From contig CDMY01000447.1 in NCBI GenBank assembly GCA_001179505.1, positions 310,001-374,000 of the forward strand: a stretch of 64,000 nt of DNA, in the 5' to 3' direction. Below, one piece after another: positions 11,775 to 26,097 of this stretch; position 1 is the stretch's first letter; every line of letters begins with the position of its first letter. The notes below the pieces were generated by a model that was not told the DNA's origin, did no database searches, and saw nothing but the letters and a program-made list of their open reading frames with translations. The DNA is from Vitrella brassicaformis CCMP3155. Taxonomy: Eukaryota; Protista; Chromerida. Position numbers and translations under genes: made by a program.

Positions 11775-14700
11775 GTGGAAAAGGTGGGGGCGCTCCGCCC
11801 CTCCCTCTCCCCCAGTCTCGGAATGAATCTGCTGCCTGCAGTTGGAGGCTATGATGCATTCCAGGGACCGTCAGCAGGCAGACTTGCACAGCTGGAAGAA
11901 GAACGCCATCAAGAGGAAGACCGGCACGGGCCTCGGGCAGTCGAAGAAGATGAGAGGCTGATGGAAGCCTCTCCAGACTCTTACGACTCAGCCAGGGAGT
12001 CCCCACCCGAAGAGGCCACTGCAAGGCCCAAGGGGCGGCTCCCGATGCGGCCCTCGTCTGCAAGTCTAAGACCTGTGGACAGTGAGGTGCGAAGCGAGGC
12101 GGCCGCCCCTCCCCCTGATCTGGACGAGGAGAGGGGGCTTGAAGGCCTGCACATGCCGTCAGCACCGCCGTCATGGGGGCGTGAGGGTCAGGAGGATCAT
12201 CGAGCGCTGGTCAGGTAGGTAGCAGAGAGGTGATCTCACCGTAATGGACTGGACAGGGGCTGTGTGTGTGCCTCGGCAGGAGATGGCTCTCCAACTTGCA
12301 AGCACTGAGGAGTCGCCTGCTGCTGCGGCTTCAGAGGTCAGCCCCGTAAAAGCCGCCTTTCGACTCGTGGAGGTCGTTCGTTGCCCCTGTGTGGTTCTTT
12401 CCTCTGTATGTAGAGTGGAGATCCCGGCGGAATTGGATGTCGAGAGCTTCGATGAGACGAGGCAGCAGCTGGACGAGGAGAGGCAGCGCCTCGCCAAAAC
12501 TGTCGACTCCATCGAGCGGCAAAACAAGAGGCTCTTCTCCGCCATGGTTCGTTTGGCTGTGTGTGTGTCGCCTACACTCGTCCTCTATGTTGTTGTCGAC
12601 GTCAGATGGCGTCCCGTGATGACCTGGAGAGGACCGCGCTTGAAGAAGAGCGGCGGTCGAAGAGGCTGGTAGATCAGCTCATGCAGGTGCAGGCCTCCAA
12701 GGCACAACTTGCTAAACAGCTGAGGAGCCTGCAGGAGGCAAAACCTGACAAACAGGTAAGTGGCCACCAGCGAATTGCAGGCACAAGGAGACAGCTCCTC
12801 ATTGGACCTGCATTTCAGCTTCAGCGTGAGTTGGAGCTTGTGCGTGAGGCGAGCGAGCGGTTCGAGAGAGAGCGGCAGAAATGGCAGGCCATGAAGGAGG
12901 GTGACGGCGGCGGTCGTCTGCATACCCTCGAGAAGCGCCTCGTAGAGCTGCAGAACGAGAATGCAACACTCAAGGTCAAGTGCGATAGCCTGCAATTTCT
13001 CGAGACACAACAGGACCGGCAAGTGAGAGGAGAAACACACATCCCCACAAACACTCACGGGGACAGAGCGGACCACAATACACGTTGTTGCTGTGTCCGT
13101 TTGCGCAGGCCCGACGCGAGACAGAGCGGCTGAAGGGTGAGCTCCGTGATGGAGAGAGGCAGCTCGATGCCGAGCAGCAGAAGCGGGAGCACCTACAAAA
13201 GCTATACAACGAGACACTGGAAGACCTCCACCGTACGCAAGAAGGCCGGTCGCTCGAGAAGCACAGCCTGCAGGAGCTGAGAGACTCGGAGCGCGCCCGA
13301 CTCGTAAGCCATATCCACACATGCATTCACAGAGTGACTGATGGATGGATGCTGTGTTTCCATGAATGGCAGATGGACACGGTGAAGAGGCAAGAGATGG
13401 ATATCGAGGAGCAGAAGAGAAGGAACGCCGAGCTGGAGAGGCGGCTGTCGCGGATCGACGAGGACACAGCTCTGCAGCAGGAGTCCTCCCAGTTGGCCAT
13501 TCAGCGACTCAACGCAAACTCGAGGAAACCCGGGCCCTCCGCGAGGCAGACAGGCGGCAGTTCGACGACACAGTGGCGAGGCTGAGGGAAGATCTCTCAG
13601 AGAGGAAGGACACGGTGTTGAACCTCTCAAGCCTGAGAATCACTCTCGAGGCGGACAATGAGGAGCTGCGACGACGGCTGGGCCAGGCGTACGCGCAGGT
13701 CGACAGTGCTCGAGAGAGCGCCGTCAAGGAGCAGGAGGCATTGGCAAAAAACCATCAGGAGGCCATCCGCATGACCGTCAGCCAGCAGCAGGTGCACCTC
13801 GCCGTCCTTGAGAGCAGCACCCACGGTCTGCACATGCTCATGGACGACCCAGCTGTGCCCGCCTGGCTGGCAGAGGATGGCCGCATGCGGACCTCGGCCA
13901 TGACGATGAAGCTCCGGCATCTCAAAGAAGAGCTCAGCAGGATTGTTGATAAGGAACCGACAGGCGACACTGCCACCAAAGAGCTGCCCGAGGCAAGATC
14001 TATGCCCTCGTCTCTGCCATCTTCCTTGTCGTATGTCGTGTGTCCCATGTGAGCAGGTGTTGAAAGAGTCGCGTGAGATGTTCGACCGCCAGCTGATGGA
14101 ACACGAAGACGTGGCGCAGAAGGCAATCAGGTCTTTTGCAAAGACGATCCTTGCTCTTGTCTAATTGGCCATCTTGTCTATTTAGAATTCGTGACCAGCG
14201 GATTGCCGAGCTCGAGCGACAGCTTGGAGGCGCGGCGGGCGACCAACCTGCCCAAACGAGCAAGTGCCCTGAGACCACACATGAGCCGCAGATGTCTCTA
14301 CGCCTGTATTGACTATCTGTGTGTCACATACACACCAACAGGGACTCTGTGCTGCTATATCCCATGCGACTGTCTGACGGCGGTGCTGCGGATGCCTCCA
14401 AGGAGCGCGAGGCCCTCGAATACCTCAGATCCAAAGTCACCAACGTCATTGAGAGCTTCGAGGTGGGCGAGAAGGACAAAGCCCTTACCGGCCTCTACGA
14501 ACTGCTGCAGGCAGTGGACGAGGTGCAGAAGGGCGGCCTGCGGAAGCTCTCCTTCCTCAAAGAAGCCTTCGACAAGACGCTCACGTCAGCGTGCACACTC
14601 ACACATGGAGTCTGCTTGCTATGTGCAGCCGTGTGCGTGTGTGTCTTCTCTGGGTGGGCAGGCTGAAGCGGACGATGCTCAAACTTCGCAGCGATCTGAA

Positions 14701-17178
14701 CCAAGAGGTGGCGCAGAGAGGACAGCTGGAGAGACAGACTGCCAAACAAGAAGAGGTCAGCAGATGATGCATACATTGACGACTTGATGGCTGATTTGTC
14801 TTGATCCCCTTTGGCCAGGAGATTCGGCGGCTGAAGGCTGAGCTGGAGGCGTGCCTGCAAGACAAACAAGACAGCCAGGCCAAGGCTATTGCCCGCATCA
14901 GAGAAGACTATGAGACGTGAGTGTCGCTTATCTGCCCTCCACAAGATGACAGACGGACCGGCCAATCCATCAAAATGGTTATGGGCTGTCTGTGTGTGTA
15001 TCTGTGTATTGACCGCGCAGCAAGATTACATCTCTGCAGCGGTCGTATGAGTTGCAGATGCAAGACGCACGGGTGGGAAGCAGCACGAAATACAAAGGTA
15101 CGCCACACACACACACACAGACAGACAGGCGGCAGGCGTCTCATCCAGACACCGTGTACGTGTCTGTCTGCCATTCAGATTGACGCAGCAGCTGAAGCGG
15201 AAGCACACGGACGAGATCGAGGAGGTGGGCGGCGCGGCCCGGAAGCAGATGCGGGAGCTGGAGGCCAAGCACCACGCAGCCCTCGAGGAGCTCAGAGAGC
15301 AGCACCAGAGGGACATGGCAGCACTCATCAAGAAACTCAAAGACGCAGAAGCCGCCGACAAGAGCTCTGCTGTCAACGCTGAGTGGGAGAGGTACGTCGA
15401 TCAGTAAGTGGTGACAAGTTGCGAAGTAGTGCTCAGGAAGCTTGCATGATCAGGAAGCTGCGGAGCGTGGAGCGGGACTACGAGAAGGCGCTTGACGAGA
15501 AAGACGCCGCAACCAAGAGAGACCTGCAAGCCGTCAAGAGACAACAGGAAGAGCTGGAGGAGACCTACCGCAGGTCACAAAAGTCACGGCAGCCGACCTC
15601 CAGGCGAACAGTGCTCATCCTTCGTCTCGCATGCCTATCTGCAGCAAGCTGAACGAGGTCAAGAAGCAGCTTGCAGACTCAGGAACCCAGGACGTAATGA
15701 GGGCTGACTATGAGCGGTGCGCAAAGCACATGACACCGACTGTGAGAATGCACGTCTGAATCCGTCCATTCATTCAACAGGCGTCTTCGGGACATGGAAT
15801 CGCAGCACGACATCGCAATGGACGAGCAGGAGCGCCAACACAGAAGGTGAGGTGGCCGGCTATCATTGGTCCACCCGGTGACTGACATACATCTGTACCT
15901 CTGATGGATGGTATGCAGAGAGGTACAAGTGTTGAAGGACTCACACCTGGAGGAGCTCGACAAAGCCCAGTCGTCGCTTCGAAAGTCTGTGTCACATGCC
16001 AGGCGTTGATGTCGACAGCTAATTATGGATGTGTCCATGGCTTGTTCAGGCGTGTGGGCGAGTTTGAGAGAGAGCTCGAAACCAGGAAGTCAAAGGAGGC
16101 CTCGTAAGGACAGACGATTGCATATCGATCAAAATAGCGCAACACGTCATTCGGCATCCTGTCTGCCTTTATGCTGCACAGCGACCGGCGGAAGATTGCC
16201 GAGCTGAAAGAGGCCTTAAGAGACCTGCAAGAGGACTACGATCGGTCAGTCAGCTCGAAACAATCGCTTCCATATCGATCAGAACAGGGCTGCTGTTTGT
16301 TTGTCATGCAGGCGGCTTCGAACAATAGAGGAGGACCATCAGGCAGCGCTGCAAAGGATGAGCACCAAGCAGGACAGGGAGACAGAGCGGCTGAAGGCCA
16401 AGCTTCTCCGTTTGCAGCCGAGAGCGTCAGAGACACCGCCAGACGAGACCAAACCTGCAGAGGAGCAGGAGGAGTCAGAAGAAGAAGGAACACCAAGGTC
16501 GGTCGCTTCAGTCCCAAAAGGACGTCCGTCTTGAGTTGTGTCGCGTGTCTTTTTCTGTGAATGGCAGACATCCCATGCCGCACGGGCGTGTCTCGCTCGG
16601 CCGCCTATGGTGAGTGATTAATTAAGGGAGGGAAGGACAGGATATATGCCGTGGTGTCTCGTTAAAATCATCAGGGAGAGCGAGGTGAGGCGGGAGTCCA
16701 GATACTCGAGATCATCCAGATCAGAGTCACCCAGGAGGTAGGCACCGAGAAACACTCCACACGCGACACACCTATCACCCATGGTCAACGCATTGATGTG
16801 GTCATGCAGAGGGAGGCGTTCCCGTTCGCCGGAGGGACGCACCGAGGCGTAAGTGCAGTGCAGGCGAGAGACAAAGAGCCAACAGGCGGTCCTGGCGGAT
16901 GCGCTGTCCCTCATCTCTGTGTCTGCAGAGGCACGGCGCGTCAGGCCCCTTCATCTTGGCGGAAGCGGTTGCACGCGAGTATCGATGAGTTGGAGCAGGC
17001 CCCTGCCACACTCACACCCACCGCACCCTCACCTCCCCCCGCAGGCGGGCCCTCACCAGCAGCGGCCTGGCTCACACCACCGACGCAGCCTCAGCCTCGT
17101 CGGGGAATCAGTGAGGAGGAGGCCATGACACGGCTGGAAGGACTGTCGCAGCAGCAGACCAGCCAGCATCGCAGATGA
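11775..17178 (+). CDS. Large multi-exon coiled-coil protein
   Basis: About 20 exons of E/K/Q/R-rich heptad sequence (e.g. ETRQQLDEERQRLAKTVDSIERQNKRL; LKRKHTDEIEEVGGAARKQMRELEAKHHAALEELREQHQRDM) with GT-AG introns. The 3' end is approximate. Confidence 0.75.
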
Positions 17179-17397
17179 AGCTTAGCGTTCGACATGCGGA
17201 AATCGCAACAGTCCGTCTGTTTCGTCGTTTTGTCCATCTTCTGTCTCATCCATATTATCCATATATCCACATCAGCCACGCACGCACTGGTCTGTCTGTC
17301 TGCACAGGCAACGTACCCACGCACACTCACACACACACACATATGCCATGCATCTCCCTCCTGCTCACGCCGCCCCCCTGTCTATCTTTTTTCGAAT

Positions 17398-20140
17398 TCA
17401 CTCGTCCTGGTCTTCCTGCTCTCTCGGTGGGGCGTGCTGTATGCCCCTGTTCCACGTCGGAACGTACCAGGGGAAGCGACTGTCCCCCTTGTCACCTTGC
17501 CTCAACAGCGCTGACACATATGGCAGCCACGGCTGCCAGGCTCGTCGGCGCTTCTTCCCCACTCTCTGCGGCTGGTCTCGGCCCGCACCCAGAGTGACGT
17601 GGGAGAGGTCGCATGCGGCCATGAACGCCCTGAATGAATGAAGTCAACAAACAGAGGGGAGGGAGGGAGAATGGGTCTGTGTGGTTGTTGTGGGTGGGGT
17701 GGCTGACGCTTTGGTTGGTACATACTTGATGCCCTCTGTGCCGTCGTAGGAATAAGATATGGGCTGCATGGGTGGCTGCTCATCTTGCTCGCTGCCCTTT
17801 TGCTCAGACCGCTGCTGCTGCTGCTGCTGCTTTTGGGGGTTGGGTGGCTGTGGCTGTGGCTGTGAGGGGAGGGGCACGGTGAAGGTAACCTTCCTGTGGG
17901 TGCGGTGCAGCAAAGACGGGCGGGCATGTGGAAGGAAGGTGAGTGTGGCCGTGGCTTGTGGTCGTCACGCGATCATGACTTACTTGGGCCTTATGAGCCT
18001 GACGAGCTCGCACAGCTCTGGATAGGACGAATGCAGCGAATAGGGAACTCTCTGATCGAACGAGAAACAAAAGTTACGTGCACAATATATGTAATGTGGA
18101 AGGCCCGTTAGTATCTATCGTCGTACCGTACCACGATCTCTGTGCCTTGGCGCTCCCACGGCACGTACGTGGCCGACCAGCCCGTCAACAGCACTCCCAG
18201 CACTGAAACCAACAAACACATGAATGACACTTCTATACAGGCGGGGCGTCGAGCAACAGAGTGTCCCTCCCTGCTATAAAACCTGGAAGGGCCGTCTTCC
18301 CCTGGTAGCGCCTGAACGATACGCACAACAGACACACAGCACAGGTTAGGTTACACGTTCGTGTCCATGCGTCGACAGACCAGACCGTTGCTCCCTCCGC
18401 CTACTCGACTGTCTTCTTGAGTGTCTGTCGCGACACGGCACGCACGAGCCCACAGGACGACGCAGCACCAATGTCGTTTGCTCCGTTGCTCGTTGTGGCG
18501 TCAGATACAGACGGCAGCACATCCGCATCAGCACCATTATTGCTGTCCGTATCAACTGCAGGCACACGACACCGCAGGAAAGTAGTTTTCAACATGTGGG
18601 CGCTCAATCAAGGACGTACCATCGTTGTCGGCCGCGTCGTACGCCTGGAAGTGCTGCGGAGGGAAGCCAGCGTCGGCTATCGTGTCAAGGCGGCTCTGCG
18701 ACACCTCAACCTGAGGAGAAAGAGGCCGATACGGAGATTCCGCCGACACCCACCGAGTGAGTGCACATGTGATGTGGATGACGTCGATTCAGTCACCTTT
18801 GTGTTGAGGGCTTCTGCAACTGCACAGAGAAGGTCCTCCTTGCCGAGGGTGTCTATCTGCAGACGGCAGACGAAGAACAAACAGAGGATGCTGTTGCTGC
18901 ATGCCGACACTGTGTGTGTCCGGCTCCTTCCTCACCCCCAGAATGGCAATGCATGGCCAATAGGACTTGAGCATGTTCACCACCTCCCTCGCCAACTCGG
19001 CCTGACCAACATCGGTCGACACGCACACACATCCAGCCACGAATGAATGAATGAATGAATGGAGCCGAGCGACCTCCGACCTCTCCCCCTCCCCCTGCCC
19101 CTCCCAGTTTTCTCACTCACTCGTGCAGGGAAGTCGAAGCCGGGGTGGCAGTATGTGTTGTCCAGAAACAGGTTGTCGATCACGCACCGCTCACGCCGCC
19201 GCCCCACACCACCATCTCCCTCTCCAGCTATCGGCAGCCCTCCCTCCCCCTCCCCCTCCTGCCAATCGCTATCACCGAGACCAAGAGTGACCATCTCGCC
19301 CAGCCCGCGATCATCGTCACTCTTCTCCCCATCGACAGATATCACCGCCGGTGCCTTGGCTGCCTCCTCCCGCCGCCTCTCACGCACCGAGGGCTGGAAA
19401 TCGGACGACAGCCGCAAGATGGTCTTAAGGTCGCGGGTCATGCGGCACCCGCCATCCGCCGGTGGCGGTGTCGTCAGGTCGATGGGGCGATGCACTCGCC
19501 CTTCCCCCCTCGCCGCCCGTGGCGGCTCGTAGCGGCAGTCGCCCGTGTGCAGGTAAGACCCGAAGGCCGGCGACTGGAGCCATATCATAGTGGCGCCCGG
19601 ACAGTGGCTGGCATCGACCAGCATCACGTCCACGTCGGCATCCGTGCGGCAGTAAGGCCGGTTGTGCTTGGTGGGGCCACCTTTGTCTTTGTCGTGTGGT
19701 GGTGGTGGTGGTGGTGGCGCTGCGGCGGAGGGTGATGCGATGGGCACGCAGGAGGGCGGCTGGAACGGGGGGAGCTTTGCTTCGTTGGTGCTGAGCCGAT
19801 AGATCTGATTCAGCTCTAGTGGAACCTGAAAGACCACACACACGCAGATGGACGGACACAGACGCACGAATGCAGTGCAGTGACAGCAGGGAGTGATTTG
19901 TTGACTCTGGTTCTCACCAGAAGTGTGTGTTCTCACCAGAAGAGGCTGCAGGTGTGGGAACTTCTGAAGCAGGAGTTTGCAGCAGACGGGAGAGCAGTAG
20001 ATGAATCCGCCCCCCCATTGGTTGCTCAGCCCCGTCAGGTGGTCGGCATGGGTGTGAGTGAGGAAATAGACGTGAGGCCCGCCCCTCACTGGACCGAAGT
20101 AGTCGACAACGATGTTGGTATCGGGCAGAGGCCGCTGCAT
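17398..20140 (-). CDS. SNM1/Artemis-family metallo-beta-lactamase/beta-CASP nuclease, closest in motifs to SNM1B/Apollo (DCLRE1B-like)
   Basis: Motifs VVDYF, FLTHTHADHLTGL (HxHxDH), DASHCPGA, YLHTGDCRY, LFLDNTYC, IDTLGKEDLL, LTGW and VPYSLHSSYPELCELVRLIRPK recovered across exons. ATG at 20140. Confidence 0.9.
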
Positions 20141-20211
20141 CAAGGGCTACTGAGGCCAATGAAGGGTTGTGGCACACTCCTGCAATGAAAACGTGTGGAT
20201 CAGCGCTTCAG

Positions 20212-20254
20212 AGGGTTTTAGGGTTCAGGGTTGAAAACCTGAACGACCTGACCC
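20212..20254. repeat. Short degenerate telomere-like repeat cluster (GGGTTTTA GGGTTCA GGGTTGA) with partial inverted copy
   Basis: agggttttagggttcagggttgaaaacctgaacgacctgaccc, about 70 nt upstream of the nuclease ATG. Confidence 0.6.
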
Positions 20255-20339
20255 ATCACCCCTTTTGAAAACCCCCTGGCCAGAAGCGACGTGGCACTAA
20301 AACCGTCTGTCCATCCATCCATCCATCCATGCATCACGT

Positions 20340-20375
20340 GCTACTTGATGCATTGTAGCTACTTGATGCATTGTA
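20340..20375. repeat. Perfect 18-bp tandem duplication
   Basis: gctacttgatgcattgta x2. Confidence 0.9.
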
Positions 20376-20633
20376 AGCGTCCATCGATTGATTCATCAGC
20401 CAGCCGTCTTGACTCGACTGTGTCAGTCTCCCTCCCATGCATGGCATTGCAACCAGCAGCCCACCCAGGCAATTGGATAGCACATCGGGTATGCAGGAAT
20501 TCCTCAGCCACGTCAAGAACCGCCCGCCACAAATACCAACCATACTACGCACCGAGACCGTCTCCTCCTGCGCCCGACTCTCGGTGCCCGACGAACGACA
20601 CCACAGCCGCCTACGTGTCTGGCCTCCACTCAC

Positions 20634-23600
20634 TCACAGAGCGGTGGGGCCGCCCGTGTGAGTGGCCATCATCACCATGTGTGGCTGCAGCGCACCGAAG
20701 ATGGGCTGGCCGATGGTCGCATAGGGAGGCCTGGGCGGGGGTGCGAAGGCATGCATGACATGGGGCGGCTGCGGGGCGGCTGTAGGAGGGAATCGCTGCT
20801 GCTGACGTTGGTGATGGTGTCGTGATTGCGATGAGAGTGTGGCTGGGAGGCGCAGGTCGGGAACGCGTCGCGGCATGGTGGCCGATGATGCACCATGGGC
20901 ATCAAAAGGGGGCGGTGACAGTAACCGGTGGGACGACGAATGCCGGTGGCCGCTCATCAACACACCAACAGCACCTGCCACACACAATGCACACACACAG
21001 AGAGACAGATGATTTCTATATTGCGACCTTATTCCTTTCCCTCTCTCGACATTGATTGCATCCTTACGTTTGTCGGTATCCCATCCACTGGGTGTCTGCG
21101 CCTGCTGCAGCTTGAGCTTGAGTGCGTTGGCGGGCGTCAGGGGGCCGCACTTGGGGTGGTGCACATGGTGCTCGGCAAAGGTGTGGTGGACGACCGGCGG
21201 GGTGCCTTTGCCGTTCCACAGCCGAGCCCCCACCCTGTCGGCCTCCAAATCAACATCTGCGCCCTCCCCAACCACCGGCAGGCGCGTCTTGGCCACGTCA
21301 AATGACGGCGGCTCGTTAGCGATGCGCGTCATGACAATCGACAGCCGCGGGCCGTAGGCTCTCTTGACCACTGGGGCGGTCTTCTGACGGTGGTCTTGTG
21401 TGAATGCGAGTGTCTTGGGCGCGTCCGATTCTGTTGGGGCGGTGAAGGGGCGGAGGGCTTCGGTGTCGGATGCCCTCATCATGCCGGCCACCGCAGCAAG
21501 ACGGTCACCTCGACCACCTGCACGACACACACACATGCGCCAGTGACACACACGAATGTGTGTTCGCGTCTTCCCCCTCCCTCCTTCTCTCCCTCCCTCC
21601 CTCTCTCACCTCCTGTGCGGATGCCGACACCTGGTCCGATCATCGCGGCATTCTCACCGCCATGACCCCTCTCAACACCAACAGCACCATCGGCTGTCTG
21701 TGGCGGGGAGGGCCGCTTTCTCCGACCAGCTGCACTAGCTGTGACCGATCGCTGCTTAGAGGTCTTCTTGGCCACAGTGGCGGCCGCCATGTTGCTGTCG
21801 TCAGTCGTGTCGGCCGCCCGCTGTTTCGTGGCGCGTGCCGTGACGTCTGTGTGAGCGTCTGTGGGGGGCGTGGCGATGCGACCGTCGACGCTGACGCCGT
21901 CTGCACGTGAAGCCACCCTGGCGCCAGGGCTAGTGGAGATGGCTGCAGCAGGGGAAGCCTTGTGCCCCAGAACCGCCCCAATGCTCGCACCGCGGCCACC
22001 ACTAGTCGACGCCTGACATACACACACGGCACACAGACAGACAGACAGACAGATAGGGCGATGGGGGGCTGTCTTTGTTTGTGTATGTTTGTGAGGTCTG
22101 CCTGTACACCTGCTGCTGTCTCCTGCCGTTGGTGAAATGCGATCCGCCAGCGGATGGCCACCGGCCTTCGCCTCTGCTGGCGCCCCCACGCATGGCACGG
22201 CCCTGGTGGATGCAGGAACACCGAGGGCACGGCACCCACACACGCCCACATATGGGTGAGTGAGTGTCTCGTGTGTTTCCAATGTCTGTCTGCCCCACGT
22301 AACGTACCAGAATCTGCGATTTGTCGCTGACCACTCGGGCAGCCCCTGCCACCGGGACACCGCCAGCAGGGATCGTGGGGGGCACTGGGGGAGCCTTGCC
22401 CTACAGATGCGATGCGTGTGAACACACAGATGTATGTCTATCTGTTTGTGTGGGTGAGTGGTCAGCTTACAGGTCTTGTGGGTAGTCTGAACCCTTTGTG
22501 ATCGTGCGAGAGGTATGCGGCAGCCTTGAGGTGCTGTTCGCATGCCCGAATCACACGTATCAGCTCCGCTCTGTCATCTGCATCCCCCCATTCGCGCGGT
22601 TGGCATCAGATACGCACATGTGATGTGGGCGAAATGCCATCCATCGATTGTCCATTGTGCACGCTTGCGTACGTTCGAGCCCTTCGTTCTCCCGCTGTAG
22701 ACTGTCCCTCTCACTCTGCAGCGCTGCCATCTGCACACACATAGGCGAGGGAGGGGGAGAGTGAAAGTGATGACAGGGATCTTCTCGGCATATGACGGGA
22801 TTCACCTGTTGCAGCCATGTGCTGCGCTCGTCGTCCTGGCTGCGGCGAGCGACCTCCTGCATGGCATTGTTGCTGCACACCGACACACCACACCGGACAA
22901 AGGACGCGTGATGCGTGGCATGTTATGTGTGATCTGGCTTGCTGCGATGTCAGCTTACACGTTGAGCATGGCCGAGTAGTCCCCGGTATGGCTGAGCTGG
23001 TCCTCCTGCATCTTTGTCAGCTCCTGCCGCCCCGCCGTCTGTGTGTCGGCGGCGTGTGTGTATACCTGCTGCTCGGCCATCTTGCGCAGGTTCGCGGCCT
23101 CCTCAGCCAGCCGGTCGGCACGCACCTGATCGACGGACGGAATGGCCAACACGGAGAGAACACACACCCCACAATGACCACAATGACCGTGTGACGACTG
23201 TGGGGTGATGTCTGTGCGTGGTGTCATGGGAGACACCCCCGCCCCATCTCACCTGTTCTCTGTCGAGCGTTTCGTCGACCCTGCGGACGACGGCCGTCAC
23301 CTCGGGCGGCAAAGCGCAGTCGGACAGCAAATGCGCCAAATCATCATCTGCACAGATGCACACACACACAGACACACACACAGACACAGACACATAGAGG
23401 TGGAATGACTATCTGTCGGGGCGTTGAGTGTGCCGTCTGCCCCTCTCCTCACCCACCCACCTGTGGGTATGTCGTCCTGACCGCCATCCAGGTCCGCGTT
23501 GGCCGCAGCCGCCTTCTCGAGACTTTCCTGCGTGAGGCAGGGCACGTCGTGACACCAACCAACATGACACACAATCGAATGCACAGACGGGTGGCTCACC

Positions 23601-24338
23601 TTTTCCTCCGTCAATTTGGCGTAGTTGTCTTGCAGTGCCTTCAGCCGGGCCTTCAGAGCCTCATACTCCTCCTTGATTACCTGCCCTAAGCCGAGTGGCT
23701 CCTCCTCCTGCACGCACGCAACACAACACACAACACCAAACACACAGCCGACATCCATCAGATCCATTGGGTGTGCTGTGCTGTGCTGTGTTGCGGTATG
23801 CTGTCTGACCGCGTCATTGAGTTTGTGCCTCTCCGCCTCCTGCAGCTTCCCCTTTGCGATGTCCTGCACACACCAGACAGACAGGACGGCGCCCATGCCA
23901 TCCACTCCACGTCATGCATCCATCTCTCTGGTCGTCTCGCCCTAGCGTAGCGTAGCGTACCAGTTCCCGCTGCTGCTTGCCGATGGTGGTGCGGAGGACG
24001 TGCTCGAGTTTGAACCACTCATCCGCCGCCTTGGCAGCCGCCTCGTCCTTGGCGGCAAGCACCTTGGCCTACACAAAACATCACAACACAAGTTACACAT
24101 TGGATGGCTGGATGGCTGTGCGATCACCTACCTTGTCGTCGTCAATGGCTTTAAGTTGCTCCCTGAGGCTGGTGATTGACTGCTCCTGCATGTGGTAGAT
24201 GTCCTTGAGCGAGTCGTGCTGGCTCTTGATGAGGGCATACTTCCGCTTGTAGAAGCGCGCCGTGCCCCCGTTCACGCCGTCGCCGGCTGCGCCCACATGA
24301 CCGTCATCGCCCTCCTGCCCAGCCCACAACATATCACA

Positions 24339-24373
<35 letters not shown>

Positions 24374-26097
24374 CGGTCCCAGCCAGCCTCTTTGCGTGGT
24401 GCTGTGTGTACCTGTCTGTCGGTGGTGTCCTGCCGTTTGTGTGTGCTGGGGGCTGCCAGAGCACCAACGTCGCCATCACCATTTTTGCCGTCACCCCCAC
24501 TGCTGCCACTGCTGCTGCCTCCCTTGCCTGCAGCACCGCCAACACCGGCAGGCTGAGCCGCTCCGGCTGCTGCCGCCGCCACTTGGTCTCGTGGGTAGTT
24601 GCGATCACGCTCCTGAGGACAGACACCACACACAGACAGACCCCCACTCATGAGTGTGTTGGTGGCTATGTGGGTGGGGTGAGTGACGGACGGCCTGTTT
24701 GCGTACCTCGTGTACTTCCTTCAAGTTGAGCTTGGGGAGGCCTGGCGGGGGCAAAGAGGGGCTCCGCTGATGGCGACTGGGGTGGACCGGGTGTGGGAGG
24801 AAATGGACCTGAAGACACACACACACACACACGCACACACACGCACGGTTAGCGGTATGCTGCACCGCGTCAATGTCTGGATGTCTGTCTGTGTGCAGTG
24901 AGTGCCCACATCCTCAAACTCTTCCTCGTCATCGGCTTCGTCTGCCGGGCGGTGTCGACTGTCTGGTTGACCAACACAACACCCATAGCCAATCACACAC
25001 ACACACACAGACAGACAGACAGACGGGCAGAGGTGAAATACGCGTCGATGATCCATCCGTCAGTGAGAGAGTTATGCGCACCACTGAGTGGCTCCAGACG
25101 ATGTGGTGAGGCCATCAAGACTCCAGCTAGACGCCCTGGCCTCGTATCGTCGCTGCAGCCAGCAAACACAACAGCCAGCCAGATGATTGACGTGCGTCTC
25201 CACGGGGGATGGGATGAGGGTGGGGGGGTGCCGTGTGTACCTTGTTCTCTTGCTAGTGCGTTTGCGTAGCTGGTCAATCTCAGTCGCCTTATCGAGGATG
25301 TCCTCAGCCTGGCGGCTGATCTTGCTCTTGAGATGCCGCTCGTGCAACCTGGTGACACACACACCACACCGCACACAAACATTTAAATGAGGGCTATGTG
25401 TGTGTGTGTGGCTTAGCTGACCGTGCTGCTCTGAGCTGCTTCTCCGTGGCCTGCTGGCGGTCCTGCATCCTCGCCACCTCCTGCAAATGCCAGCCACGTA
25501 CACAACACAACCACAGACAAGACACAAAGTGGACTCACCGACCCAACCTGGCTGTGTTATCTTCTCTCTGTCTGCCTGTCTGTGTGCCTCTCGAATGGCT
25601 GTAAGTCCACCTCCCTCCCTCATTTGTCTGGTCTGGTCTAACAGACCCACTCACTCACCTCCTGTGACGCCTTCTCGGCCTCCTGCCGCATGGCCGTCGC
25701 CCGATGCTCCTCCTCCATCCGATGCTGCCGCTGCTGCCGGGAGGGGACGGGCAGCCCGGGGGCTCTGGTGTGGTTGTGGTCCTCCTCACCGCTACCGTCC
25801 TCCTGCATGGGATGTGCGTCGGAACAAATGAGGACGGGGAAGCGAAACAATGAGTGAGTGATGCAGTGACTGCATGCCATCGCTTGCCTGGTGCCCTGGC
25901 GGGAATTCGCCCAATCCTATCGCCTCTAGCGATGTGTATCTCTTCATCCCTGTTTGTTCTGGGGGAACCGATGTGGGCCTCTGGGGGCTTGCGAGCTTTG
26001 CAGTCTCACTTTCCTGGTGAGGATGAACGTGTTGGGGCTTCAGAAGGATAAGGAGTGGCGTGCCGTACACGAAACTGTAACTGATCTTCGTTCGCAT
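20634..26097 (-). CDS. Large multi-exon coiled-coil protein with low-complexity C-terminal region
   Basis: Chain of GT-AG exons (ARFYKRKYALIKSQHDSLKD..., VIKEEYEALKARLKALQDNYAKLTEEK, MAALQSERDSLQRENEGLER) continuing to ...HTGGPTAL*. Start is ATG 26097 or 25947. First intron is probably GC-AG. Confidence 0.7.
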
